The position numbers and the translations under genes are program-made. 64,000 bases of DNA, taken from positions 192,001 through 256,000 of the forward strand of contig JBPOFY010000003.1 in NCBI GenBank assembly GCA_051252375.1. The letters are read 5' to 3'. The stretch comes from Opitutaceae bacterium (GTDB taxonomy: Bacteria; Verrucomicrobiota; Verrucomicrobiia; Opitutales; Coraliomargaritaceae). The stretch's first letter is position 1, and each line of letters starts with the position of its first letter. Shown here in pieces: positions 31,250-41,300 of the stretch. A model generated the notes under the pieces. That model worked only from the letters and a program-made list of their open reading frames with translations, had not been told where the DNA came from and did not search any database.

Positions 31250-32803
31250 ATGAAAAAACAGTCGTTATTTAAACTCTCCCTATTCTGCCTATTTTCTCTG
31301 TCCGGACAGTTCGCGAGTGCGGAACAACTGCCCAATGTGGTGCTCATCTTTGCCGACGACCTAGGTTACGGCGACCTCAGTTGTTACGGTGCGACGAAGG
31401 TGCAGACGCCAAATATCGACAAGCTGGCAGCAGAAGGGCGCCGCTTTACCGATGCGCATTCCGCTTCAGCCGTTTGCACCCCGTCACGTTATGGAATGTT
31501 GACGGGGGAGTATCCTTTCCGTGCCAACGGAGGGAAGGGGCTCTGGGGTCCATGTAGTCATTTTCAATCGCTGCTAATCGACACCAACAAGCTAACACTT
31601 GGGAAGCTATTTAAAGACAAAGGCTATGCGACCGCAGTGGTCGGGAAGTGGCACCTCGGCTTCGGCACGGGTAAAACCAATTGGAATAAGCCTCTACGTC
31701 CAGGGCCGCTGGAGCTTGGCTTCGATTATTACTTCGGCATCCCCAAGGTGAATAGCGGATTCCCTTATGTGTATGTTGAGAACGACCGTATCGTGGGCTA
31801 CGATCCGAATGATCCGATCACTTTTAAACCGCCGTTCTCCAAGACAACGACCTATCCCGAGGAAGCGGGTAAGAAAACCCCGAATAAGGTAGGAGGTGCC
31901 AAGAAAGCCCACGCCATTTATGACGATGAGAAAACAGGCACTTTGCTGGTCAAAAAGGCGGTCACATGGATCGAAGCCAATAAGGAAGATCCTTTCTTTC
32001 TGTTCTTCCCATCGCCGAACATCCATCATCCATTCACTCCGGCAGAGCAATTCAAAGGCACTAGCCAGGCGGGGCTGTATGGCGATTTTATTCACGAGCT
32101 CGACTGGCAAGTCGGCGAAATCGTCAAATGCCTGGAAGAAAACGGCCTAGCTGAAAATACGCTCATCATAGTGACTAGTGACAATGGCGGCATGTTTAAT
32201 CGTGGCGGGCAGGATGCGTTCCAAGACGGCCACCGTGTAAACGGCGATCTCCTTGGTTTTAAGTTTGGTGTTTGGGAGGGTGGTCACCGGGTGCCATTTA
32301 TTGCCAAGTGGCCGGGCAAGATTCAACCGGGTTCGGTCTCTGATCAGTTGATCAGTGGTGTCGACATGTTGGCCACTTTTGCTGCAGTTACCGGACAGAC
32401 AGTTGTAGCCGATCAGGTTGCAGACAGTATTAATGTGCTGCCCGCGCTCGTCGGTGATCCGGATTCGCCCTTGCGTGAGACTCTGGTTATCAGTCCGAAC
32501 AAGCCCAGTCATTTGTCGATTCGCCAAGGTAAGTGGATGTATATCCCGGCACAAGGGAGTGGCGGATTCACTGGTAAGCCCGGCAGTCATGGCGCTGGGG
32601 GCCCCGCCTGCATTTCATTCGTCGGCAGCGAAAACAGCGATATTGAGGACGGGAAAATCAAAAAAAACGCGCCTCCCGCTCAGCTTTACGACATGGATGC
32701 TGATATTAGCCAGAGCACCAACCTCTATAGCCAGTATCCAGAGGTCGTGCAGGAGATGGAGACCTTGTTGAAAACTTTTCGACCCACCAAAGGAAAAAGG
32801 TAG
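31250..32803 (+). CDS. S1 sulfatase (arylsulfatase-like)
   Basis: Signal peptide, ADDLG, CTPSRYGMLTG, GKWHLG, SDNG. Confidence 0.95.
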   Translation: MKKQSLFKLSLFCLFSLSGQFASAEQLPNVVLIFADDLGYGDLSCYGATKVQTPNIDKLAAEGRRFTDAHSASAVCTPSRYGMLTGEYPFRANGGKGLWGPCSHFQSLLIDTNKLTLGKLFKDKGYATAVVGKWHLGFGTGKTNWNKPLRPGPLELGFDYYFGIPKVNSGFPYVYVENDRIVGYDPNDPITFKPPFSKTTTYPEEAGKKTPNKVGGAKKAHAIYDDEKTGTLLVKKAVTWIEANKEDPFFLFFPSPNIHHPFTPAEQFKGTSQAGLYGDFIHELDWQVGEIVKCLEENGLAENTLIIVTSDNGGMFNRGGQDAFQDGHRVNGDLLGFKFGVWEGGHRVPFIAKWPGKIQPGSVSDQLISGVDMLATFAAVTGQTVVADQVADSINVLPALVGDPDSPLRETLVISPNKPSHLSIRQGKWMYIPAQGSGGFTGKPGSHGAGGPACISFVGSENSDIEDGKIKKNAPPAQLYDMDADISQSTNLYSQYPEVVQEMETLLKTFRPTKGKR

Positions 32804-32853
32804 GGGGGAGGGTCTAAAATCATTGGTTCATCGTCGATCGTGGGATGCTAGTA

Positions 32854-32891
32854 ATATAACCATTCTTCGACTAGTCGGTGAATGGTTATAT
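32854..32891. terminator. Long hairpin after the sulfatase cluster, probable terminator
   Basis: ATATAACCATTC...GAATGGTTATAT 12-bp inverted repeat with an inner CGAC/GTCG stem. Confidence 0.5.
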
Positions 32892-33055
32892 CGCGTGTTT
32901 ATTTGGATGAATTTAAGGTATTTTTCCGTGCGTCCTAGGTAATGTAATTAAAGTGTTAAACGTTTGTTTCGTTAGTTTTTAGGGTTTATCACTCATTCGG
33001 GGACGTCTATAAGAATAGGTAATATTGGGCCATGGAAATATAAAATTATCTGCAT

Positions 33056-34516
33056 ATGAAAATACCGCTTCCGAAAACCCTAGCAATTATTGCTACAATT
33101 TTACTCCCGGTTCTGGCGGTCGCGGAACGACCAGTGCTTACCATGCCGTTGGATGCCTGTATTGAGCAGGCATTACAAAACAACCAACGCCGTCCGGCTT
33201 CCGAGTTTGCCGTTGCGATGGCTGAGGCGCAGCACCAGCAGGCACTGTCTGCTTACTGGCCGCAGGTGGGCTTTGTCGGTTCGTATTCGCACAGGAGTGA
33301 ACGGCCGAACTTTCTCTTCCCCTCGACGGAGTTCAACCTTCCTGCCAGCACGGCGGTTATCAACGTCCCGGCGGGTGTTCTTGGGCCCAGTTCGGTGTCT
33401 CTACCCGTGAGTGTGCCCGCTCAGAGTTTTGAAACGCCTGCACTTGATGTTGAGTTGCTGGATGTGGACTCGTTTACGGCTTCGTTGGAGATGAAATGGC
33501 TGCTGTATGATGGCGGTATGCGCAAAGGCTTGAGGCAGCAGTCCAGTAGTGGCTTGGAGGCAGCTAGGCAGGCCGCTCGTTTGACTGAGTTGGAAATCGT
33601 GGACAGTGTGAAACGCACTTATTACGGTGCGGTTCTGGCGAAGCAGCTTTTGAAACTTGGCGAGGACACAGGTGAACGTATGGAAGCGACGCTGAATCTC
33701 ACTGAAACGATGTATAAGGAAGGCGCCGGCGGCGTGAATAAGACGGACTACCTGAGTAACAAGGTGATGGTCGACAGTATCCGTGCAGTGGTCGCCACGC
33801 TCAATGGTAACGAGATCATGGCACGCGCAGCGCTCGCGAACTTCATGGGTTTGTCTTGGCGGGATAGTGTGACTCCGGCGGATGAACAGCTGGAATTTTC
33901 ACGGATGGAAATCAATCTGGAATCGCTGGTCGGCACGGCTTATCGGTTTAGTCCAAACTGGGCGCGCATGGAGGCCGGGCTGGATGCGGCGAAAGGTAAC
34001 ATCCGCACGGAGAAAAGCGGTCATCAACCACGCATCGCGCTGATGGGGGAGGTTCACCAATACTGGAATTCGATGGATTCGGGCTTGAGCACAAATGATA
34101 ACCTTAAAGGTTGGAGCCTTGGTGTCGGCATGGAGATCCCTATATTTGATGGCTTTTTGGTTCGTAATAAAGTGCGCCATGCCACGGCGAAACTACGCCA
34201 GATGGAGGCGCAACAGATCCTGCTGGAAGAAGGCATCGGGTTGCAGGTGCGACATATTATCGTGATGCTGGATGCCACAGCTACTCAGTATCAGAGCACG
34301 AAGGCTGCGATGGAATCAGCCACTGAAAACCGCGATTTGAATGAGCGGGCTTACCGGAATGGCTTGGTGGAGACGGAAGAGGTGATCGAGGCTCAGTTGA
34401 TTGAGTCGCTCATGTCGGCTCGCCACTACCGAGTTGCTTTTGAGTATCTCAATTTACTGTCTCAACTCGACCTAGTCGTGGGCACGGAGGTGCTTGAGCA
34501 GTTGGCCAACTTGTAA
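33056..34516 (+). CDS. TolC family outer membrane protein
   Basis: Signal peptide; LDACIEQAL, AYWPQV, WLLYDGG, MEIPIFDGF, YRNGL two-repeat OEP pattern. Confidence 0.9.
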   Translation: MKIPLPKTLAIIATILLPVLAVAERPVLTMPLDACIEQALQNNQRRPASEFAVAMAEAQHQQALSAYWPQVGFVGSYSHRSERPNFLFPSTEFNLPASTAVINVPAGVLGPSSVSLPVSVPAQSFETPALDVELLDVDSFTASLEMKWLLYDGGMRKGLRQQSSSGLEAARQAARLTELEIVDSVKRTYYGAVLAKQLLKLGEDTGERMEATLNLTETMYKEGAGGVNKTDYLSNKVMVDSIRAVVATLNGNEIMARAALANFMGLSWRDSVTPADEQLEFSRMEINLESLVGTAYRFSPNWARMEAGLDAAKGNIRTEKSGHQPRIALMGEVHQYWNSMDSGLSTNDNLKGWSLGVGMEIPIFDGFLVRNKVRHATAKLRQMEAQQILLEEGIGLQVRHIIVMLDATATQYQSTKAAMESATENRDLNERAYRNGLVETEEVIEAQLIESLMSARHYRVAFEYLNLLSQLDLVVGTEVLEQLANL

Positions 34517-34532
34517 AGGACAGTAAGCAATT

Positions 34533-35495
34533 ATGAATAAGACGAGGACGGAGCCATGTAGATCGCGAGCCTTTACGATTCGTTGGCGCGCCTGTTTCCT
34601 CGCGGGTTGTGCTTTTGCGGTGGCTGCCCTCTGCGAGGCAAAAAATGAGACACCGCCACTAGGCGATACCGATGATCCTATGGTGCGAATTATTCTCTCT
34701 ACGAGCACGATTTCGGGAGCCAGTGTTAATGATGTGATTTCGGCGTTTCGGATATGGACGTATGAATTATCGAAGGACTTAGATTTGACGGTTGCTGATG
34801 ACGTTCTGGTATTGAGTCGGGTGGAGGACATCGTTCGCGAGTTGGAGAGCAACCCCAACCATCTTGTTTCAATGTCTATTCCCGAATACCTGAATTGTGG
34901 CTCTGAAAGATTCTCTGAAAAGATCTACTTAGGGGAAATCGATGGGATATTTGGCACTCGTTACTTACTACTGGTTCGTGACGATGGCCCGATTGTCGAA
35001 CTGGGCGATCTGGGGGGCAAGAAACTGGTCAGTTACGTTAACCGTGAAACTTCGATCTCTGAAGAGTGGTTTCAGTATCAACTGATGCAAGCCGACTTGA
35101 AACCAGCTGGTGAATTGCTGCAGTCGTATTCGATGGAGGAGGATCTCTCGAAAACGGTGCTAGGTGTCTTTTTCGGTAATCAGGATGCCTGCCTCGTCTC
35201 CGAGAGGTCGTTTAACTTGATGTGCGAATTGAATCCACAGCTGAAGGTTCAGCTGCGGGTTCTCTTGCAGTCGCCGGAGGTGGTCGGCGGTGCCATGTTT
35301 ATCCAGGCAAACTACGACCCGGAGTTGGAACCGTTGTTGGATGAAGGGATTGAAACATTGGATAAGAAGGTTTCGGGGCAACAAATTCGAACGCTCTTTC
35401 GTTCCGGGGCTGTGCATGCCTCGGATGTCAGTGAGTTGGAGGAAACGATCGGGCTCTATCAGAAATGGATTCAATCAGGAGGTGATGCAATCTGA
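34533..35495 (+). CDS. PhnD/SsuA-like periplasmic binding protein, copy 1
   Basis: Signal peptide; YLLLVRDD..I..LGDL.GK and VFFGNQDACLV type 2 periplasmic-binding-protein motifs. Confidence 0.85.
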   Translation: MNKTRTEPCRSRAFTIRWRACFLAGCAFAVAALCEAKNETPPLGDTDDPMVRIILSTSTISGASVNDVISAFRIWTYELSKDLDLTVADDVLVLSRVEDIVRELESNPNHLVSMSIPEYLNCGSERFSEKIYLGEIDGIFGTRYLLLVRDDGPIVELGDLGGKKLVSYVNRETSISEEWFQYQLMQADLKPAGELLQSYSMEEDLSKTVLGVFFGNQDACLVSERSFNLMCELNPQLKVQLRVLLQSPEVVGGAMFIQANYDPELEPLLDEGIETLDKKVSGQQIRTLFRSGAVHASDVSELEETIGLYQKWIQSGGDAI

Positions 35496-36454
35496 TGAGT
35501 CGATTGAATCTAAAATACAGGCCTCAGGCCTTTGCGATTCGTTCGTTGACCTGCGTCTTCGCGGTTTGTGCTTTTGTGCTAATCGCGATCTGCAATGCCC
35601 AAAATGAGGCGTCGCCACAGCGCGATGCCAGTGATCCGGATGTGCGGATTATTATCTCTTCGGGCACGGTGTCGGGCGCCAGTGCTCATGATGTGATTGC
35701 GGCGTTCCGGGTCTGGACATATGAATTGGGGAAGGAATTAAATCTGCCGCTGACTCAAGACGTTCTGATTTTGAGCCGAGTGGAAGACATCGTTCGCGAG
35801 TTAGATCTCAATTCAAACCATCTGGTTTCACTGTCTATTCCCGAATACCTGAATTGTGGCACGGAAAGATTCTCTGAAAAAATCTACCTAGGCAAACTCG
35901 ATGGGAAATTTGGCAATCGATACTTACTACTGGTTCGTGACGATGGCCCGATTGACGAATTGGGCGATCTGGCGGGCAAGACACTAGTCTCTCACGTTAA
36001 CCGTGAAACTTCGATCTCCAAAGAGTGGTTTCAGTATCAACTGATGCAAGCCGACTTGAAACCACCTGGTGAATTGCTGAAGTCGTATTCGATGGAGGAG
36101 GATCTCTCGAAAACGGTGCTAAGTGTTTTTTTCGGCAACCAGGATGCCTGTATCGTCTCCGAGAGGTCTTTTAAACTGATGAGCGAACTGAACCCACAAC
36201 TGAAGGTTCAGTTGCGGGTGCTCATCCAGTCGCCGGAGGTGGTAGGCGGTGCCATGTTTATCCAGGCAGACTACGATCCGGAGTTTGAATTGTTGGTGGA
36301 CAGGGCGCTTGAAGTGTTAGATCTGACGGCTTCGGGGAAACAAATTCAAACGCTGTTTCGTTCCGGGGCCGTGCATGTCTCGGATGTTAGTATATTGGAG
36401 GAAACGATTGGGCTTTATCAGAAATGGACTCAATCAGGAGGTGATGAAATCTGA
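35495..36454 (+). CDS. PhnD/SsuA-like periplasmic binding protein, copy 2
   Basis: Close paralog of copy 1; TGATG stop/start overlap. Confidence 0.85.
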   Translation: MSRLNLKYRPQAFAIRSLTCVFAVCAFVLIAICNAQNEASPQRDASDPDVRIIISSGTVSGASAHDVIAAFRVWTYELGKELNLPLTQDVLILSRVEDIVRELDLNSNHLVSLSIPEYLNCGTERFSEKIYLGKLDGKFGNRYLLLVRDDGPIDELGDLAGKTLVSHVNRETSISKEWFQYQLMQADLKPPGELLKSYSMEEDLSKTVLSVFFGNQDACIVSERSFKLMSELNPQLKVQLRVLIQSPEVVGGAMFIQADYDPEFELLVDRALEVLDLTASGKQIQTLFRSGAVHVSDVSILEETIGLYQKWTQSGGDEI

Positions 36455-37413
36455 TGAGTCTATTGAATCTAAAAGTCAGAGTGCAGGCCTTAGCGACACG
36501 TTGGGGAATCTACTCCCTTGCGGCCTGTGCTTTCGTGGTGACGGCGCACAGCGATGCAACAATTGAGGCAAGGGTGCAGAGCGATGCTGATGAACCTGAA
36601 GTGCGGATTATTCTTTCCTCGAGTGGGTTGTCGGGGGTGAATGTGAATGATACGATTTCGGCGTTTCGGGTTTGGACGAATGAATTGACGAAGGGCTTAA
36701 ACATGCGGGTTTCTGATACGGTTCTCGTTCTGGATAGCGTGGAAGAAATCAATCGCGAATTGGATAGCGGAGCAAATCATCTAGTTTCCCTGTCCATTTC
36801 CGAATACTTGAATTGTGGATCGGCTCGATTTAGTGAAAAAATCTACATCGGCAAAAACGATGGGAAGGTTGGCGCTCGATACTTACTACTTGTTCGCGAC
36901 GATGCTCCAATTACCGAGTTGGGTGATCTGTCGGGCAAGAAACTCGTCTGCTACGATCACCGTGAAACTTCGCTCTCTGATGAGTGGTTTCAGTATCAAC
37001 TGATGCAAGCCGACTTGAAGCCTGCAGGTGAATTGCTGCAGTCGTATTCGAAAGATCAGGATCTTTCGAAAACGGTGCTGGGTGTCTTTTTCGGTAATCA
37101 GGATGCCTGTATCGTCTCCGATAGCTCGTTTGAATTGCTGTGCGAACTGAATCCACAGCTGAAGGCACGGCTACGGGTTCTCATGCAGTCGCCGCAGGTG
37201 ATCGGAGGGGCACTGTTTACGCAGGTCGGCTACGACCCTGAATTGGAAGTGTTGGTGGAGCAGTCGCTGGATACGCTGGGTGATAAGATTTCGGGGCATC
37301 AAATCCTGACACTCTTTCGGTCAAATTCCGTGATTGTCGCGGATCTCAGTGAGTTGGCGGAAACGATCGGGCTCTATAAGAAATGGATTCGAACTGGAGG
37401 GGATGAAAGATGA
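36454..37413 (+). CDS. PhnD/SsuA-like periplasmic binding protein, copy 3
   Basis: Close paralog; TGATG overlap. Confidence 0.85.
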   Translation: MSLLNLKVRVQALATRWGIYSLAACAFVVTAHSDATIEARVQSDADEPEVRIILSSSGLSGVNVNDTISAFRVWTNELTKGLNMRVSDTVLVLDSVEEINRELDSGANHLVSLSISEYLNCGSARFSEKIYIGKNDGKVGARYLLLVRDDAPITELGDLSGKKLVCYDHRETSLSDEWFQYQLMQADLKPAGELLQSYSKDQDLSKTVLGVFFGNQDACIVSDSSFELLCELNPQLKARLRVLMQSPQVIGGALFTQVGYDPELEVLVEQSLDTLGDKISGHQILTLFRSNSVIVADLSELAETIGLYKKWIRTGGDER

Positions 37414-38351
37414 TGGGCCGGTTTAGGCTAAAATGCATCGGGTGTTTACTCGGGGTGTTGATGTGTTTGCTGCTCACGGCAGCAAATACGCAAGCTGTCC
37501 CCGAGGGGCAGCTGCGTGTGGCTTTTGACCGGTCACTGTTTCATGGCCTGAATGAGAATGATGCCGTGGCCGCATTGAAAGTTTGGGTAAAACATTTCAC
37601 CAAAACGCAAGGGGTGGATATGGAAGTCGAAATTGTCAGCTATGAGTCGCGGGGGGAGGTGGATCGGTTGCTGGCTGAGGAAGGGGCGGATCTTTTCATT
37701 ATGAGTGCGGCCGGTTTTTTGGGGACGGCACCAGAGCTTCGTTCCACTATTATTCCTCAGTTTACTTCAGCGTTACAGGACGGGTCGCCATTTGAATCTT
37801 ATCACCTGCTTTCGCATGTCGATTCGAACCTCTTGCAGTGGGAGGACTTGGCTGGAAAAGACATCATTCTGTTGGACGCCAATCGGGCCCACCTTACGAG
37901 AGAATGGTTCCTTCAAGGGGTAGCGGCTCACGGCTTGCAACATGAGGGGATGGATATTCAGGTCGTGGAAAATATTTCTCAGGCGATTTTACCAGTGTTC
38001 TTTAAGCAAGCGGATGCGTGCATCGTCAATAATAGCGGTTACGAGCTGATGAAAGAGTTCAACCCGCAGATTGGTCAGAAATTGAAGACAGTAGTGACTT
38101 CTCCTGAGTTTTCGGAAACACTTATCTGTCTTCGCGAAAATTATCAGAGTCACCGCGATGAGGTCATTAAGGGCTTACGTGAGTTAGACGAAGACCCCAC
38201 CGGTCGCCAAGTGGTTCTCATTTTTAAGATCGATCAGCTGATCGAATTTGAGGCTCATTATTTGGATTCGGCTAAAGAATTATTAAATGATATTGAGGGT
38301 GTCAGTAATCCGTGGAGTTCAGCTCTGGTAGAGTCTGTCGACGGCGATTAA
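37410..38351 (+). CDS. PhnD/SsuA-like periplasmic binding protein, divergent fourth copy
   Basis: NENDAVAALKVW, DLAGK, LPVFFKQADACIV and EFNPQIG align with copies 1-3. Confidence 0.85.
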   Translation: MMGRFRLKCIGCLLGVLMCLLLTAANTQAVPEGQLRVAFDRSLFHGLNENDAVAALKVWVKHFTKTQGVDMEVEIVSYESRGEVDRLLAEEGADLFIMSAAGFLGTAPELRSTIIPQFTSALQDGSPFESYHLLSHVDSNLLQWEDLAGKDIILLDANRAHLTREWFLQGVAAHGLQHEGMDIQVVENISQAILPVFFKQADACIVNNSGYELMKEFNPQIGQKLKTVVTSPEFSETLICLRENYQSHRDEVIKGLRELDEDPTGRQVVLIFKIDQLIEFEAHYLDSAKELLNDIEGVSNPWSSALVESVDGD

Positions 38352-38354
38352 TCA

Positions 38355-41300
38355 TTGAATTTAACAAGTAAGCAGATGATGACAGCAAAGACCAAATCTC
38401 TGAAAAAATCTGGAATTTTCTTCCGAACCGCTGGCCTTGCTTGGGGCATCGCTTTGATGGTCGTCTTCATCTTGGCTGTCTTGATCATTCCTGGCCAGAA
38501 GCGGGCCTTTCAAGGGCAATTGCGCTCCAAGTCTCAAGCGGTCGCCGCATCACTACATGAGGTGACATCTGGGTCTGTTGTATCCGAAGACTACAGCGCA
38601 GTGGTGGATCACTGTATGAAGGTCCTCGATGGTGATTCTGGTATTTTGTATCTCGTGATCACGCGTAACGATGGTTTTTCTTTGATCCATCGGCGGGGAA
38701 ATTGGGAAATGCAGGATCTCGGCGACGAATGGCGACCCAGTGATCGGAAGCGCACGGATGGCTTTGTTGAGACAACACCTTTTGTTGATGAAGCACTCTT
38801 TACTCATTCTGAACCATTCGACTATTCAGGGATCGAGTGGGGCTGGCTGCATATCGGCTTGTCGCTCGAAGCCTACCATGCGGATCTGTCTGCGCTTTAC
38901 CTGCAGGTGGCATACTCCGCGTTATGTGCGCTGGGCATTACTTTCATCGTCTCGTTCTTTTATGCGCGGCAGCTATCTGATCCGATCATTAATTTACGTG
39001 ATGCTGTGTGGCGCATTGCTGGCGGGGAGCTTTCGGTAAAGGCTGCAGTCTCAGGGCCCGCCGAAATCGTGGAACTCGCCGACAGCGTGAATCGTATGAC
39101 GGTTTCGCTTAGTGAGCGTTCCCGTGTCTTGGAATTGCTGCGCACAACCGCTCAGAAATTATTGACCAATCAGGATTGGGAAAAGCAGCTGCCCGAGATT
39201 CTTCTAGATGTGGGGGAAGCGACGAATGCTTGCGGTGTTTTTGTTTACGAGTGGATCGTCAATGAGCCTGATGCGATGCTCTTCGCATGCCGTGTGGCAT
39301 GGCGGGATCCCCGCATTGGTGAATCCGTAGCACTGAATTTCCCTGAAATGTTGGACTTTAGGGACTGGGGGCTGGTTGATTATGAAAATGTCCTAAAGAA
39401 GGGGCAGCGGCTTTCGTTGATTGCTGGTAACATGAATCACCATGCAGTGCCTGCCAAATTGCGCAGTATCGGTATTGAAAATTTGATGATTACCCCCGTG
39501 TTACTGCAAAATAAAGTATGGGGGCTTCAGATTGGTGTGTCCAGTGATACTGCTCGCCAGTGGAGTCAGGTAGAGTTCAATGCTTTTAGTGCTGTCGCAG
39601 AAATGTTGAGCACCGTGCTTGAGCGTGACCGTTCGAATGCCGAATTAGTCGCGGCAAAGGAAAATGCGGAAGCCGCAAGTCGTGCGAAGACACGCTTCCT
39701 TGCGAATATGAGCCACGAGATCCGCACACCGATCAATGGTATCATGGGGATGCTTCAGCTCTTACAGCGTTCCGAACTCGATGTGCGAAATCGAGGCTAT
39801 GTGGATACCGCGATGAGCTCTTCGAACGGTTTGCTCAACGTGATTGGCAATATCCTCGATCTATCAAAAATCGAGGCAGGGAAACTGAATGTGGAAGAGT
39901 GTGAATTTTATATGAGCGAGTTCTGTTCGCGTCTGCTAGGGCCTTTTACTAGTCAGGCGAATGAAAAAGGCATCGAGCTCGTCTTATATGTTGATGAAAG
40001 CGCGTCTGGGGTTTGGAAGGGTGCGGAGGCGCGCATTGAGCAGATCATTATCAACCTGCTGGGGAATGCTTTTAAATTTACAACACGTGGTGAGGTTGTG
40101 CTGCGGGTGACAGTTGGTCAGCTTGACTCGGGGAGTGCGGAACTCATTTTCGAGGTGCGCGATACTGGTATCGGTATTTCTGAAGTGAATCAAAAGAAGG
40201 TGTTCGAATCGTTTGTGCAATTGGACGATTCCCTAACACGACGGCAAGCGGGCACTGGTCTGGGGCTGACGATCTGTCGGGACCTATGCCAAATGCTGGG
40301 CGGCTCAATTAGTTTACAGAGTGTCGAGCGTGTGGGTAGTGCCTTTACCGTGCGTATCCCCGCCATGCATATTGCCCCTGAACGGGAGATGCAGGAGGCA
40401 TCGACTATTGCTAAAGGTGGGAATCGGCGAGTCATGCTGCTAGACGACTCGCCAACTGTTCAGGATATTCTATCCACTTATATCGAGTCGTGGGGAATTG
40501 CCTGTGATTATGTGAGTGGCGAGGCGGATTGCATCGATCTGCTAAGGCGTGCTGAGGTAGAAGGAAACGAATACGATATCGTTCTGATAGATCGGAGCAT
40601 TCTAGGTCTGAATGTTTTCGACCTAGTGAAGCGTCTCCACGAACTGACTTTCACTACAGATACCGATTTTGTCTTGATGGATAATTACACTGAGCCTTTG
40701 GGCAAGAAGGAGCTCGAGCAGTTTGGGTTTACTAGCAGCGTCTGCAAACCGGTCGGCCGTTCACAGCTGTATAATGTTATTGTGAATACGCTATCGTCAG
40801 TAGAACGGCTAGGGGGCGTCGCGCGAAAACAGACAGAAGCGTCATTTTCTGCCGAAAAGCCCATGCCGCTGACTGGTCGTATTCTCGTTGCGGAAGATAA
40901 CGAGGTGAACCAAGAAGTTGCGACGGCGTTTTTGTTGGAGTTTGGGTTCGATGTGGAATGTGTGCCCAACGGTCTTGAGGCAATCAATCGGATCAATCGA
41001 GGCGGTATCGATTGTCTGTTGCTGGACTGCCAGATGCCGATAATGGATGGTTATTCCGCTGCGAGCGAGATACGTGCCATTGAAGCGAAGGAAGGACGTG
41101 AACGCTTGCCGATTATTGCCCTTACGGCACATGCCATGGAAGGGGATCGTGGACGTTGCTTGGCAGCTGGTATGGACGATTACTTGAGTAAACCCCTTGA
41201 TTTTGAGCATCTGGAATTGGCTCTGAGCCGGTATTTTTCCAGTAGCGCTGAGGCGGCGGTTGAGGCGCGTGAGAAGGTGTTACCAGTTCAATCCACCGTC

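Larger units (their letters stand above)
34533..37413 (+). repeat. Tandem triplication, 959-bp period
   Basis: Identical 38-mer GAGTGGTTTCAGTATCAACTGATGCAAGCCGACTTGAA at 35064, 36023 and 36982. Confidence 0.95.

Noticed and set aside
34533..38351. Phosphonate/phosphite uptake operon
   Set aside because: No PhnC ATPase, PhnE permease or C-P lyase genes nearby; only the fold-level resemblance is supported.
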